In this document: positions 27,358 to 36,305 of the stretch, in pieces
Layout of the letters: each line of letters opens with the position of its first letter
Numbering within the stretch: the first letter of the stretch is position 1
Assembly (NCBI GenBank): GCA_965203905.1
Contig: CBDBDQ010000005.1
Coordinates: 5,120,001-5,184,000, forward strand
Origin: Spirochaetia bacterium
GTDB lineage: Bacteria > Spirochaetota > Spirochaetia > SZUA-6 > Bin103
Length of the DNA stretch: 64,000 nucleotides
Direction of reading: 5' to 3'
The notes under the pieces: model-generated
Told to the model about the DNA's origin: nothing
Database searches by the model: none
What the model saw: only the letters and a program-made list of their open reading frames with translations
Position numbers and translations under genes: made by a program

Positions 27358-28776
27358 GTGCGTGAGACCATCCGCGAGCCGGCGCGCGATACGCCGGTGT
27401 ACGGACACTGCGATGTGCTGGTGCTGGGCGGTGGCCCGGGCGGTACGGCAGCGGCCATCGGTGCCGCCGCGGCCGGGGCGGACACCGTGCTGGTGGAACG
27501 CTACGGCCATCTCGGGGGGCTGGCCAGCGGCGGGCACGTCTGCTACATCGACCGCATGACCGACTGGGACGGGCGGCTGGTGGTGGCCGGCGTGGGGCAG
27601 GAGTTCATGGACCGCTGCGGCGTGGAGGCGGGCGGCATCATCGGCCCGGAGCGCGAGTACTGGGGTAGCCGCGACGCGGAGCTGGTAGAGTACTGGGGGC
27701 CGCGCTGGAACGCCCACCGCGGCGTCGTGTGCTGGTCGCCGACCATCGATCCCGAGATGCTGAAGCTGGCCTCCAACGACCTGGTGCGCGAGCGCGGGGT
27801 GCGTACCCTGTTCCACTGCTGGGCGGTGGCGCCGGTGATGCGGGAGGATCATGCAGCCGTGCCCGCGGTGGGCGGCGCGCTGTTCGAGAGCAAGGAGGGC
27901 CGCTTCGCGATTCGCGCCGGTGTCACCATCGACTGCACCGGCGACGGCGACATCTTCGCGGCCGCCGGCGCCGCCTTCGAGACCAACCGCGATCCCGACA
28001 CGATCCACTCCTGCGTCAACACCTCGGGGCGTTTCGGCGGCGTCGACACCGAGCGCTTCTGGCACTTTCGCACCTACGACGTGGAGGGCTACAAGGCCAA
28101 GCTGCAGGAGGCGCGCGAGGTGGGTGCCGTGATCCGCGCCTCGGTTCTGCCGCGGGAGGGGCAGGTGCTGAGCATGCACCCCAAGTACCAGGGCTACTCG
28201 GCGATCAAGGTGGCCGATCTGAGCGAGGTGGAGTTCCGCTCGCGCGACGACCTGCGCCGCGGGGTGGCGTGGTGGCGCCGCCACATGCCGGGCTGGGAGC
28301 ACGCCTACCTGCTGGAGACGGCGGACCAGATCGGCGTGCGCCACAGCCGGCGCCTGGTGGGGGAGGTGCAGATCACCCTCGACCAGTGGAAGCGCAGCGG
28401 CCGCCACGCCGACTCCATCGGCCTGTGCCCGGGCGTATCGCCGGAGTATCCCACGCTGGAGATCCCCTACGGCAGCCTGGTGCCGCGCGAGCTGGAGGGG
28501 CTGCTGGTCGCCGGACGCAACCTGAGCTGCGACGTGCGCTCCCACAACCCGCTACGCGAGATCCCGGAGTGCTGGGTGATGGGCCAGGGAGCCGGCGTCG
28601 GCGCCGCGCTGGCGGTGAGCCACGGGGTTGCCGCACGGGCAGCGCCGGTGGCGGAGATGCAGGCCGAGCTGCGCCGCCAGGGCGCCATCGTCACGGCGCC
28701 GGGGTCGGCCGAACTGGCACCGGGCGGCGCCGAATCCCCGGGCGCGAGGCGAGGCTCCCAGGAGGTAACCGCATGA
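27358..28776 (+). CDS. FAD-dependent oxidoreductase
   Basis: DVLVLGGGPGG Rossmann motif, IDCTGDGD, IPYGSLVP, LLVAGR; leaderless TATAGT-N6-GTG. Confidence 0.9.
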   Translation: MRETIREPARDTPVYGHCDVLVLGGGPGGTAAAIGAAAAGADTVLVERYGHLGGLASGGHVCYIDRMTDWDGRLVVAGVGQEFMDRCGVEAGGIIGPEREYWGSRDAELVEYWGPRWNAHRGVVCWSPTIDPEMLKLASNDLVRERGVRTLFHCWAVAPVMREDHAAVPAVGGALFESKEGRFAIRAGVTIDCTGDGDIFAAAGAAFETNRDPDTIHSCVNTSGRFGGVDTERFWHFRTYDVEGYKAKLQEAREVGAVIRASVLPREGQVLSMHPKYQGYSAIKVADLSEVEFRSRDDLRRGVAWWRRHMPGWEHAYLLETADQIGVRHSRRLVGEVQITLDQWKRSGRHADSIGLCPGVSPEYPTLEIPYGSLVPRELEGLLVAGRNLSCDVRSHNPLREIPECWVMGQGAGVGAALAVSHGVAARAAPVAEMQAELRRQGAIVTAPGSAELAPGGAESPGARRGSQEVTA

Positions 28777-29012
28777 TCGACTGGTCAACCTGCCCGGCGG
28801 TGGAGCAAGTCCCCGGCAAGGTCAGCGGCGCCTGGGTGTTCACGAACACAAGGGTGCCTCTCTCACACCTGTTCGCCAACCTGGAGGCCGGCGCAACCAT
28901 CGAGGAGTTCCTCGACTGGTTCGAGGGTGTCGAGGACTGGCAGGTTAGGGCCGTTCTGACGCACCTGGAGTCCAGCCTGTTGAAAGATCTCAAGCGTGAG
29001 ACTCCTGTTTGA
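28773..29012 (+). CDS. DUF433 family antitoxin
   Basis: MIDWSTCPAVEQVPGKVSGAWVFTNTRVP..LFANLEAGATIEEFLDWF; GGAGG RBS. Confidence 0.9.
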   Translation: MIDWSTCPAVEQVPGKVSGAWVFTNTRVPLSHLFANLEAGATIEEFLDWFEGVEDWQVRAVLTHLESSLLKDLKRETPV

Positions 29013-29316
29013 CAACGGCACACCGGCGCCTCTTCGGCGTCATCTTGGGGATCACACGATTCATACGGCGGCACAGCTCGGGTGGGCCACCTTGTCCAAC
29101 GGTGAACTGCTGGACAGAGCGGAGACGGCTGGCTACGAAGTCCTGATTACCACCGACCAGAACATGAGGTACCAGCAGAACCTGTCGGACAGAGGCATCG
29201 GCATCGTGGTGCTCATGGATTCGCGGTGGCCCCACGTCCGGCTGCGCACTGCGGACATTCGCGCAGCCATCAACGCAGTGACGCCTGGGGAGACAACGGA
29301 AGTGCCCATTCGGTGA
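28996..29316 (+). CDS. DUF5615 / PIN-like toxin
   Basis: MRLLFDNGTPAPLRRHL, GWATLSNGELL, LITTDQNMRYQQNL. Confidence 0.88.
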   Translation: MRLLFDNGTPAPLRRHLGDHTIHTAAQLGWATLSNGELLDRAETAGYEVLITTDQNMRYQQNLSDRGIGIVVLMDSRWPHVRLRTADIRAAINAVTPGETTEVPIR

Positions 29317-29413
29317 TGTGAGACACGACGTCGGGCCGCAGGTGCCGCCGTGTTCCGCCGGCCGGGCGCGCGCTGCCTGGCGCTTCATCCCCGGTGTGTG
29401 TATCGTGGTCACC

Positions 29414-30658
29414 GTGCTGGCTGACAACGAGCGGCCGTTCTTCAGTCGCGTGCGGGTGTGGGATGAAGACCCGGATGTCGCCGCCGAAGGGGTCTATCTC
29501 GAGGTGACGCCATCCGGCGACGTGCTGGGGTTTGGCCACAAGCTGGCCCGGGCGCGCATGCCCGGCGGCGCGGACCACGGCTTCCCGTGGCTGCATCTGC
29601 GCGTACGCAGCCGGGATGGCGGCCGTACCTGGGTTACCGAGGAGACCAAGTGGTGGGAGCCGGAAACCCGGGCAGCCCGAGCCAGCGTCGTGGACGCCGC
29701 AACCGGCGAGATCTTCCTGTTCAATCAAGGCACCTACCCATTGCAGGACGACGCCGGCCAGCCCATGTCCGAGTCGTGGCTGATTCGAAACCATGAACTG
29801 GCCCGCGGGCGCGGGTCGCGCCTGGTCATGGAGCGCAGCCGGGATGGTGGCAGCAACTGGGACACGGTTGATGTGACCGATCAGTTCTTCACCTATCCGG
29901 GGGCCGGGCTGGCGTGGTTCATCGGTGGCGGCATCCAACTCCAACGTGGCCGCCACGCCGGCCGGCTGTTGGTGCCCGCCCGCTACTTCACCGGCAATTG
30001 GCAGGAGGTGGACCCCGAGCGGCACCGGATCCTGTACTACCACCCGGCGCTGGGCCAGGTCTACGACGACGGCGAAGGGCAGATCGCCCAGGTCCTCGAC
30101 AGCGAGGCCCACAATGCCGTGATCTACAGCGACGACCATGGCGAGACCTGGCACTGGGGCGGCAGCTCCCAGGGCTATGTGGGTGAAGCCTGCATCGTGG
30201 AGCTGGCCGATGGCGCCGTCTACCTGAACAACCGCAACCACGACCCGCGCAGCCTCGGGTACCGGTCGTGGTGCATCAGCCGCGACGGCGGCGAGAGCTT
30301 CACCGAGTTTGGCGTCGACCGGACGCTGATCGAAGGACGGTGCCACGCCGCGCTGACGCGTTACTCGGCTGCTGCGCAGCAGGCCGACGGTCCGATTCTG
30401 TTCAGCAACCCGGCCTCGTTCGAAGGCGTCAACCAACTGCATACCCGCGAGATCGGCAGCGCCGCGCGGCGCGACCTCACGGTGCGGGTGAGCTACGACG
30501 AGTGCCGGACCTGGCCGGTCGCACGGCGTATCGACGAGTACGCCAGCTACTCGTCGCTGGTGGTGCTCGACGATGGCACCATCCTGTGTGGTTACGGGCC
30601 CTGGGTGTGTCGCTTCAACCTTGCCTGGCTGGAGGGCCAGGCTGACGGGGACGCATGA
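29414..30658 (+). CDS. Sialidase-family (BNR/Asp-box beta-propeller) protein
   Basis: Five Asp-boxes: SRDGGRTW, SRDGGSNW, SDDHGETW, SRDGGESF, SYDECRTW; also YSSL. Start inferred from TATCGT-N7-GTG. Confidence 0.85.
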   Translation: MLADNERPFFSRVRVWDEDPDVAAEGVYLEVTPSGDVLGFGHKLARARMPGGADHGFPWLHLRVRSRDGGRTWVTEETKWWEPETRAARASVVDAATGEIFLFNQGTYPLQDDAGQPMSESWLIRNHELARGRGSRLVMERSRDGGSNWDTVDVTDQFFTYPGAGLAWFIGGGIQLQRGRHAGRLLVPARYFTGNWQEVDPERHRILYYHPALGQVYDDGEGQIAQVLDSEAHNAVIYSDDHGETWHWGGSSQGYVGEACIVELADGAVYLNNRNHDPRSLGYRSWCISRDGGESFTEFGVDRTLIEGRCHAALTRYSAAAQQADGPILFSNPASFEGVNQLHTREIGSAARRDLTVRVSYDECRTWPVARRIDEYASYSSLVVLDDGTILCGYGPWVCRFNLAWLEGQADGDA

Positions 30659-30664
30659 AGCTGG

Positions 30665-30935
30665 CTACTTGTAGGGGTCGGCCGCGTCGCGCAGCCCGTC
30701 ACCCAGGAAATTGAACGCCAACACCGGCGGCCGATGACACTTCCCTCGGTGGCGCCGGATACAATGGCCGCCATCACGTAGTCCTCCGCGCGGAGCTGCA
30801 GGACCTTCCCCCGCACGATTCGTGCCAGACCGGTCCAACCCTTGATCGACAGGATGACGGTAATCATGAAATAGATGCGAAGTGGAGGCCAGGTGACCGG
30901 GATTGCTGCTGCCAGTGCCATCCACATGGGGATGT
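30665..30935 (-). pseudogene. Peptide ABC permease (DppC-like) fragment with internal deletion
   Basis: IPMWMALAAAIP...GWTGLARIVRGKVLQLRAEDYVMAA joined out of frame to VLAFNFLGDGLRDAADPYK. Confidence 0.85.
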
Positions 30936-31077
30936 CGGGCTGGGATTCCAGGATGACATCCAACGGGTCGAAGACTACCTGAAGAAAATCGGCGGTCCGC
31001 CGGTCGACATCAGCGACCAGACCTCTGATGAGCTGCGGCGGAAGTTCCCCGCCGCATTCGTCGGCGAGGCCGCGCCC

Positions 31078-32064
31078 GTGGCTGCGGCGCCGGCGCCACA
31101 GCCGATGCTGCAGATGGATTGGTCGAAACGCCGGCCGATGACGCAGAAAGAGCTCGCCGCGCACGTCCCGCAGCGCGTCCAGCGCGCCGGGTATCCGTTC
31201 CGGGAAAGCAAACACCTCCTTGGCGCACCGGATCAATTGAGAGAACGGGCGCAGCACGACGGCTACCTGTTCGTGCACGATGTGGTGAACCACGACTCCA
31301 TTCTTCGCCTCCGCCGGGACGTTACCGACATTCTCCAGGACGCCGGGTGGCTCGACGACGACACCGACCCCATGGACGCCATCTCCACGCTCGATGCGAA
31401 GGTCATGGGCACGCCCGAGTTCAACCCGGTCTACGATGCGATGCAGCGGCTGGAGTCGTTTCACACCATGGCTCACGACAAGGAGTTGCTCCGGATCGCC
31501 GAGAGCCTGCTCGGTGCGCCGGGAATGCCCCAGCCAGGCATTCGTGCGCGCGTGATGTTCGCCAGTGGCATCGTCCATACGACGCCGCCACATCAGGATT
31601 TCATCTTCGTCCAGGGGACACCCGAGGTGTGGACCTGTTGGACTCCGCTCGGGGCGTGCCCCCATTCCATGGGCGGTCTGGCCGTTCTGCGTGGCTCGCA
31701 CAGGCGCGGGGTACTGCCGGTGTTCCAGGTGAATGCGGACGGGGCGCTGAGCATCGAGGGCGACGCCCTGGACGGCGACTGGCACTCGAGCCCATTCGAG
31801 CTGGGCGACGTGCTGTTCTTCCACAGCAAGACGGCCCACCAAGGCCTGCCAAACGTGTCCGGTGATCGCGTCCGCCTCTCCGTCGACTATCGCTATCAGA
31901 AGAAGACCGACCTGATGATGGAGAAGAACCTCCGTGTTCATGGAGGGCGGCTCACCTGGGAGCAGGTATACGCGAGCTGGGAGTCCGATGAGCTCCAGTA
32001 TTACTGGAAGCGGAATGAGCGCGAGACCGTGCCCATGGTGCCTCCCACGGAGTACAAGCCATAG
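31078..32064 (+). CDS. PhyH-family dioxygenase (original 5' end probably lost)
   Basis: TPPHQD, WTCWTPLG, GGLAVLRGSH, FHSKTAHQGLPN, RLSVDYRYQ. Confidence 0.88.
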   Translation: MAAAPAPQPMLQMDWSKRRPMTQKELAAHVPQRVQRAGYPFRESKHLLGAPDQLRERAQHDGYLFVHDVVNHDSILRLRRDVTDILQDAGWLDDDTDPMDAISTLDAKVMGTPEFNPVYDAMQRLESFHTMAHDKELLRIAESLLGAPGMPQPGIRARVMFASGIVHTTPPHQDFIFVQGTPEVWTCWTPLGACPHSMGGLAVLRGSHRRGVLPVFQVNADGALSIEGDALDGDWHSSPFELGDVLFFHSKTAHQGLPNVSGDRVRLSVDYRYQKKTDLMMEKNLRVHGGRLTWEQVYASWESDELQYYWKRNERETVPMVPPTEYKP

Positions 32065-32104
32065 CGCGCCCCCGGCGCCGACGACCGACGAACAGCCGAT
32101 TCGG

Positions 32105-33484
32105 TCAGGCGCGCCGCCGGGCCTGGTCGCGCAGTGCCTGCGCGCTGACCTGTTCCGGGTCCGCGATGTTCAGCAGTTCCTGGTGCAGCGCCGCCCGCAC
32201 CGAGGCGCAGCGCGGGTCGGCGGCCAGGTCGTGAAACTCGCCCCGGTCCCGGCTCAGATCGAAGAGCTGCGGCTCGTGGCCCACGTAGTAGTTGTACTTC
32301 CAGGGGCCGCGCTTGATCATGAACCCGCCTTCGAGCATGCCCTGGGCGTGGTACTCGCTGAACACCACCCGCTCGGCGTCGCCGGCGTCGGTGCGCGGGT
32401 GCGCGAGGCTGGTGCCGGGCAGGCCGTCCGGAGTCTCGATGCCGGCGAGATCCAGCAGGGTCGGCATCACGTCGACCAGCGATACGTTGGCGTAGCTGCG
32501 CTGCCCGGCGGCGCCGTGCGGCGTTCTGAGGATCATCGGCACGCGCACCGAGGCCTCGTAGAAGCACTGCTTCTGCCAGATGCCGTGCTGGCCGGCCATC
32601 TCGCCGTGGTCGCTGACGTAGAGCACCACGGTGTTCTCGCGCAACGGGCTGCTGTCGATCACCGCCAGCATGTTGCCGACCAGGTCATCCACCAGCGTGA
32701 CCAGGCCGTAGTAGCTGGCCAGCGCCCGGCGCTGCACGGGTTCCGGCACGATTTCTTCGTTGCGGAAGAAATAACGGAGCTGGCGGATGGCCGGGTGCTG
32801 GCTCTCCAGGGTTTCGCCGCGCAGGTCGGCCGGTGTCACGGCCGCGGGGTCGTAGCGCCGGTAGTAATCCGGCGGACAGGTCAGCGGGAAGTGCGGGTAC
32901 ATCAGGCCGCTGTACAGCAGCCACGGCCGCTCCGAGGGGTGCGCCGCCTTGCCCTCCAGGAAGCGCACGCTCAGGTCGGCCGCCGTGGTGTCGTAGTCGT
33001 ACCACGCGCCGCGACCGGGGCCGCACTCGGTGACGTGTGAGTTGCTGCCGCGCCGCGCCTCAGGGGTGCGCCGCGGGGCCTGCCGCGAGCGCCACGAGTG
33101 CAGGTCGTCGTACAGCCGGGTGCCGAAGCCGTGCAGCCGCTCGGCGCCGGGCATGTGCGTGCGGCCGCACAGCACGGTCTCGTAGCCGGCCGCGGTGAAG
33201 TAGTGTCCGAACGTCGGAATCTCGGCGCGCAGCGGCGAGCCGAGGTCCCACACCCCGATCCGGTGGCAGTAGTTCCCGGTGAAGAACGCCATTCGCGACG
33301 GCACGCAGATCGGGCTGTTGCAGTAGGCGCTGTCGAACCGCGTCCCCGCGCCGGCGAGCCGGTCCAGGTTGGGGGTCCGCACCAGCGGATGCCCGGAGCA
33401 GCCCATCACCGCCGGGTCGTGCTCGTCCGACATGATGACGAGGATGTTGGGCCGGCGTGCGCCGCTGCCGCCGCGACCGCTCAC
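32105..33484 (-). CDS. Sulfatase (Cys-type, choline-sulfatase-like)
   Basis: PNILVIMSDEH, CVPSR signature, SDHGEM, FYEASVRVP; GGAGG RBS before GTG. Confidence 0.93.
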   Translation of the reverse strand: MSGRGGSGARRPNILVIMSDEHDPAVMGCSGHPLVRTPNLDRLAGAGTRFDSAYCNSPICVPSRMAFFTGNYCHRIGVWDLGSPLRAEIPTFGHYFTAAGYETVLCGRTHMPGAERLHGFGTRLYDDLHSWRSRQAPRRTPEARRGSNSHVTECGPGRGAWYDYDTTAADLSVRFLEGKAAHPSERPWLLYSGLMYPHFPLTCPPDYYRRYDPAAVTPADLRGETLESQHPAIRQLRYFFRNEEIVPEPVQRRALASYYGLVTLVDDLVGNMLAVIDSSPLRENTVVLYVSDHGEMAGQHGIWQKQCFYEASVRVPMILRTPHGAAGQRSYANVSLVDVMPTLLDLAGIETPDGLPGTSLAHPRTDAGDAERVVFSEYHAQGMLEGGFMIKRGPWKYNYYVGHEPQLFDLSRDRGEFHDLAADPRCASVRAALHQELLNIADPEQVSAQALRDQARRRA

Positions 33485-33717
33485 GAGCAGTCCTCCAGGT
33501 AGAAGGTGCGGAACGAAAAGCGCGGATAGCGGTCGTACCTGATGCTGACGCGGTCGCGGTCGGTCAGCGGACTGTTGGCGGCGGGCTGCTCGGACATGCC
33601 CCGGCAGTCTGCCGCCGCCGTGGCCGCGTTGTCCAGGCGACAGCGCAGGCCGTCGGCGGACGGTCGACGGCAACGGAGCTTGACCGCGGACCCGGCACCG
33701 GACAGAGTCCTTTGGAC

Positions 33718-34527
33718 ATGGAGTTCGTCGAGTTGACCGAACGCCAGCGCCGGTCGTTCGATGACAACGGCTTCCTGGTGGTGCCGGAGGCGCTGAGCGC
33801 TCAAGAGGTGGCGCAGCTCACGCCGGTCTGCGATCGGTTGATCGAGGACTTCGAGCGACCGCCGGACCAGTGCTACGTGCAGCGCCGTCCGGGCATCGTC
33901 GAGGAGCCGGCGTTCCACCCGTTGCTGGCGCATTCGGCTACGCTGCCGCTGGTGGTGCAGTTGCTGTCGCCCAATATCCACCTGCATACCACGGCTATTA
34001 TTTACAAGTTCCCGCAGGACGCGGCCGCCGGCGGGGAGCGCGGATGGCACCGGGACATCGGCATGACCGAGGACCTCGGGCATGGCGGCACCGTCCGCGC
34101 CGGCATCAAGGTAGGCTACTGCCTGACCGATTTCCCGGAGCCGCGTTCCGGCTTCACGCTGTTCGCGCCCGGCTCGCACCGGCTGCGCACGCCGCTGCCC
34201 ATTCCGAAGGGGGCGGTCGATCCCGACGGCGCGGTGGACCTGTGCCTGCGGGCCGGCGACGCGTTCCTGTTCGAGAACCGCGTGTTCCATACCGCTGCGC
34301 CCAACCTCAGCACTCGCACCTCGAAGGTGATCATCCTGGGCTACAGCTACCGGTGGATGGGTGGATGCCACGACGAGATGAGGCTGGTCCGGCCCGCCTC
34401 CCGGGTTCTCGACCAGGTGGACGGCATTCGCCGCCAGTTGCTCGGCGGTACGGGCGACGAACTGCTGGAGTGGGCCCGCCGGAACGGCGTCGCCCCGCCC
34501 CCCGTCGCGTGGACCATGGAGGTGTGA
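33718..34527 (+). CDS. PhyH-family dioxygenase
   Basis: WHRD, PGSH, FENRVFHTAAPN. Confidence 0.9.
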   Translation: MEFVELTERQRRSFDDNGFLVVPEALSAQEVAQLTPVCDRLIEDFERPPDQCYVQRRPGIVEEPAFHPLLAHSATLPLVVQLLSPNIHLHTTAIIYKFPQDAAAGGERGWHRDIGMTEDLGHGGTVRAGIKVGYCLTDFPEPRSGFTLFAPGSHRLRTPLPIPKGAVDPDGAVDLCLRAGDAFLFENRVFHTAAPNLSTRTSKVIILGYSYRWMGGCHDEMRLVRPASRVLDQVDGIRRQLLGGTGDELLEWARRNGVAPPPVAWTMEV

Positions 34528-34582
34528 CGGTGGCGCCGCGGCGCTGCGCACGCGCGGCGATGCCTCCTTAGAAACCAAGCAT

Positions 34583-35977
34583 TCAGGCAGCCTCCGGAAC
34601 GAGTTTGAAGCCGAGAGCGCGGGCCTGATTTCGAAGTCGCCGTTCATGGCGTTTACGGTCCTGGCGCTGTTGCTGGAGCAGAACGTTGTCATCGTAGAGG
34701 ACGTGGCGGGTCACCAGGTGGTAGATGATGCGCGCCAGCTTGTGGGCGGTGTCGGTAATCGCCTGCGGGGAGCCGACGCGGGCCCGCTTGCGGCGGAAGA
34801 AGTCACCGAGCGCGGAGTGGCTGCGGTACAGGGTCTGGGTTGCCATGCGCAGCGCCTGTGCCGCACGGTTGGCGCCGGGCCCCGTCTGAGAGCTGATCAC
34901 CTTGCCGCCGGTGATCTTGTTCTGCGGACAGAGGTTCAACCAGGATGCGAACTGCGCGGCGCTCGGAAAGCGTGACAGATCGGGGCCGAGTTCGCTGAAC
35001 AGCACCAGCGCGGTAGTGTCGCCGATACCGGGAATGAGGGTCAGGTCGGTGCCGAACAACCGCGTCAGGTGGGCTTTCATGTTGCACGCTTGCGGAGGCG
35101 ACGCAGGCGGTTCCGGGCCCGGTTCAGGGGATTCCGGCGGTTGCTGGTCGGTAGCGGTCGCGGCGGGCGGCTCCTGGGTCTGCTCGAACGCGCGGATGCG
35201 GGCCATGATCTCCTGGTCACACTCACTGATGAGCTGCTGGTAGTGCGCATAGGTCTGGCGTGCGTGGCGCAAGGTGAACAGATGTTCGCTGCGCCAATCA
35301 CCCTCCAGAGCCTTGATCAGGGTGGCACGGCTGGCCTTGATCCGCGGGTGCGCCAGCTTCGCCAAGCGCGTCGGGTCGCGCTCTCCGTCCAGGATGGCGT
35401 CGGTGATGGCCAGGCCGCTGAGCCCGGTCAGATCGGAGATCGCGTGGTGCAGATGGACGTTCATCTGATCGAACGCCTTCTGCATGTGCAGTACGCTGCG
35501 GGAGGCGGTCTTGATCACGCTGTCGCGATGGCGCAACAAGGAGCGCACCGCACATACCTCGTCAGCCGGTCGGAACGAGCCGCGCAGAAACCCTACCGAG
35601 TGCAGGCAACGCAGCCATTCGCAGTCCTCGACGTCGCTCTTGCGACCGGGCACCGAGCGCACGTGGCGAGCGTTGACCAGCACCACCTCGAAGCCGCGTG
35701 CTTCCAGGATCTGGTGCACCGGGATCCAGTACACGCCGGTCGACTCCATGGCCACCGTGGTTACCTGGCAGGTACTCAGCCAATCGGCCAAGGCATGCAG
35801 ATCGCGGGTAAAGGTCGGGAACGATTGGATCGGCTGCTCGGCGCGCTCAGCGCGTACCGCCGCGTAGATCATGGTGGCGCCCACATCCAGGCCTGCCGCC
35901 TCGGGGTGCACCACCTGCGGCTGCGCCGAGCGATTGCCCTTGCCGCTGCGTTTGCTTCTGCGTTTGCGTCGTGCCAT
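34583..35977 (-). CDS. IS110-family DEDD recombinase/transposase
   Basis: GLDVG, AMESTGVYW, GRKSDVEDC, IPGIG, RFPSAAQFASWLNLCP; GGAGGAG RBS. Confidence 0.95.
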   Translation of the reverse strand: MARRKRRSKRSGKGNRSAQPQVVHPEAAGLDVGATMIYAAVRAERAEQPIQSFPTFTRDLHALADWLSTCQVTTVAMESTGVYWIPVHQILEARGFEVVLVNARHVRSVPGRKSDVEDCEWLRCLHSVGFLRGSFRPADEVCAVRSLLRHRDSVIKTASRSVLHMQKAFDQMNVHLHHAISDLTGLSGLAITDAILDGERDPTRLAKLAHPRIKASRATLIKALEGDWRSEHLFTLRHARQTYAHYQQLISECDQEIMARIRAFEQTQEPPAATATDQQPPESPEPGPEPPASPPQACNMKAHLTRLFGTDLTLIPGIGDTTALVLFSELGPDLSRFPSAAQFASWLNLCPQNKITGGKVISSQTGPGANRAAQALRMATQTLYRSHSALGDFFRRKRARVGSPQAITDTAHKLARIIYHLVTRHVLYDDNVLLQQQRQDRKRHERRLRNQARALGFKLVPEAA

Positions 35978-35984
35978 GACTCCT

Positions 35985-36185
35985 CCTGGGAATGAGTGGA
36001 GCGGCCAAGGCGTGAAGCAACTGCGCATTCTCCTTATCGGGATGGATCACCACCGCAACCGGTCGCGGGCTGAGCCTCACCAATGACAACGCCACGGGCC
36101 TCGGGACCAAGCTTGACAACGGGTTCGCCGCAGGGCGCTACACCAGTGCATCGCCGGCCTACTTCGCGCTCCCTCGAAGACTAAC
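35985..36185 (-). ncRNA. Putative IS110 bridge RNA
   Basis: TATACT -10 at 36190-36195; contains GGCGATGC (equals flank 34556-34563) and TAAGGAGAA (equals predicted circle junction). Confidence 0.65.
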
Positions 36186-36305
36186 CCCCAGTATAGGCTT
36201 GCAGCCCTGTTTCTCCCATGCCAACTCCGGTCCGTCCCGGCCCGGGGGGTGAGCTTGACATGGGTCCGGCGAAGGCAGACTCTGCGGTAGCCGCAAGGCA
36301 CGCTC

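Larger units (their letters stand above)
34564..36216 (-). mobile_element. IS110-family insertion sequence, apparently intact
   Basis: Transposase plus ~240-nt upstream non-coding end; CTCC core at both boundaries (34564-34567, 36213-36216) with sub-terminal AGAAAC/GTTTCT inverted repeat. Confidence 0.85.

Noticed and set aside
33481-33640. Possible gene tail (…DRVSIRYDRYPRFSFRTFYLEDCS) coupled to the sulfatase start
   Set aside because: Looks coding but is too short to assign to a family, so it is not called.
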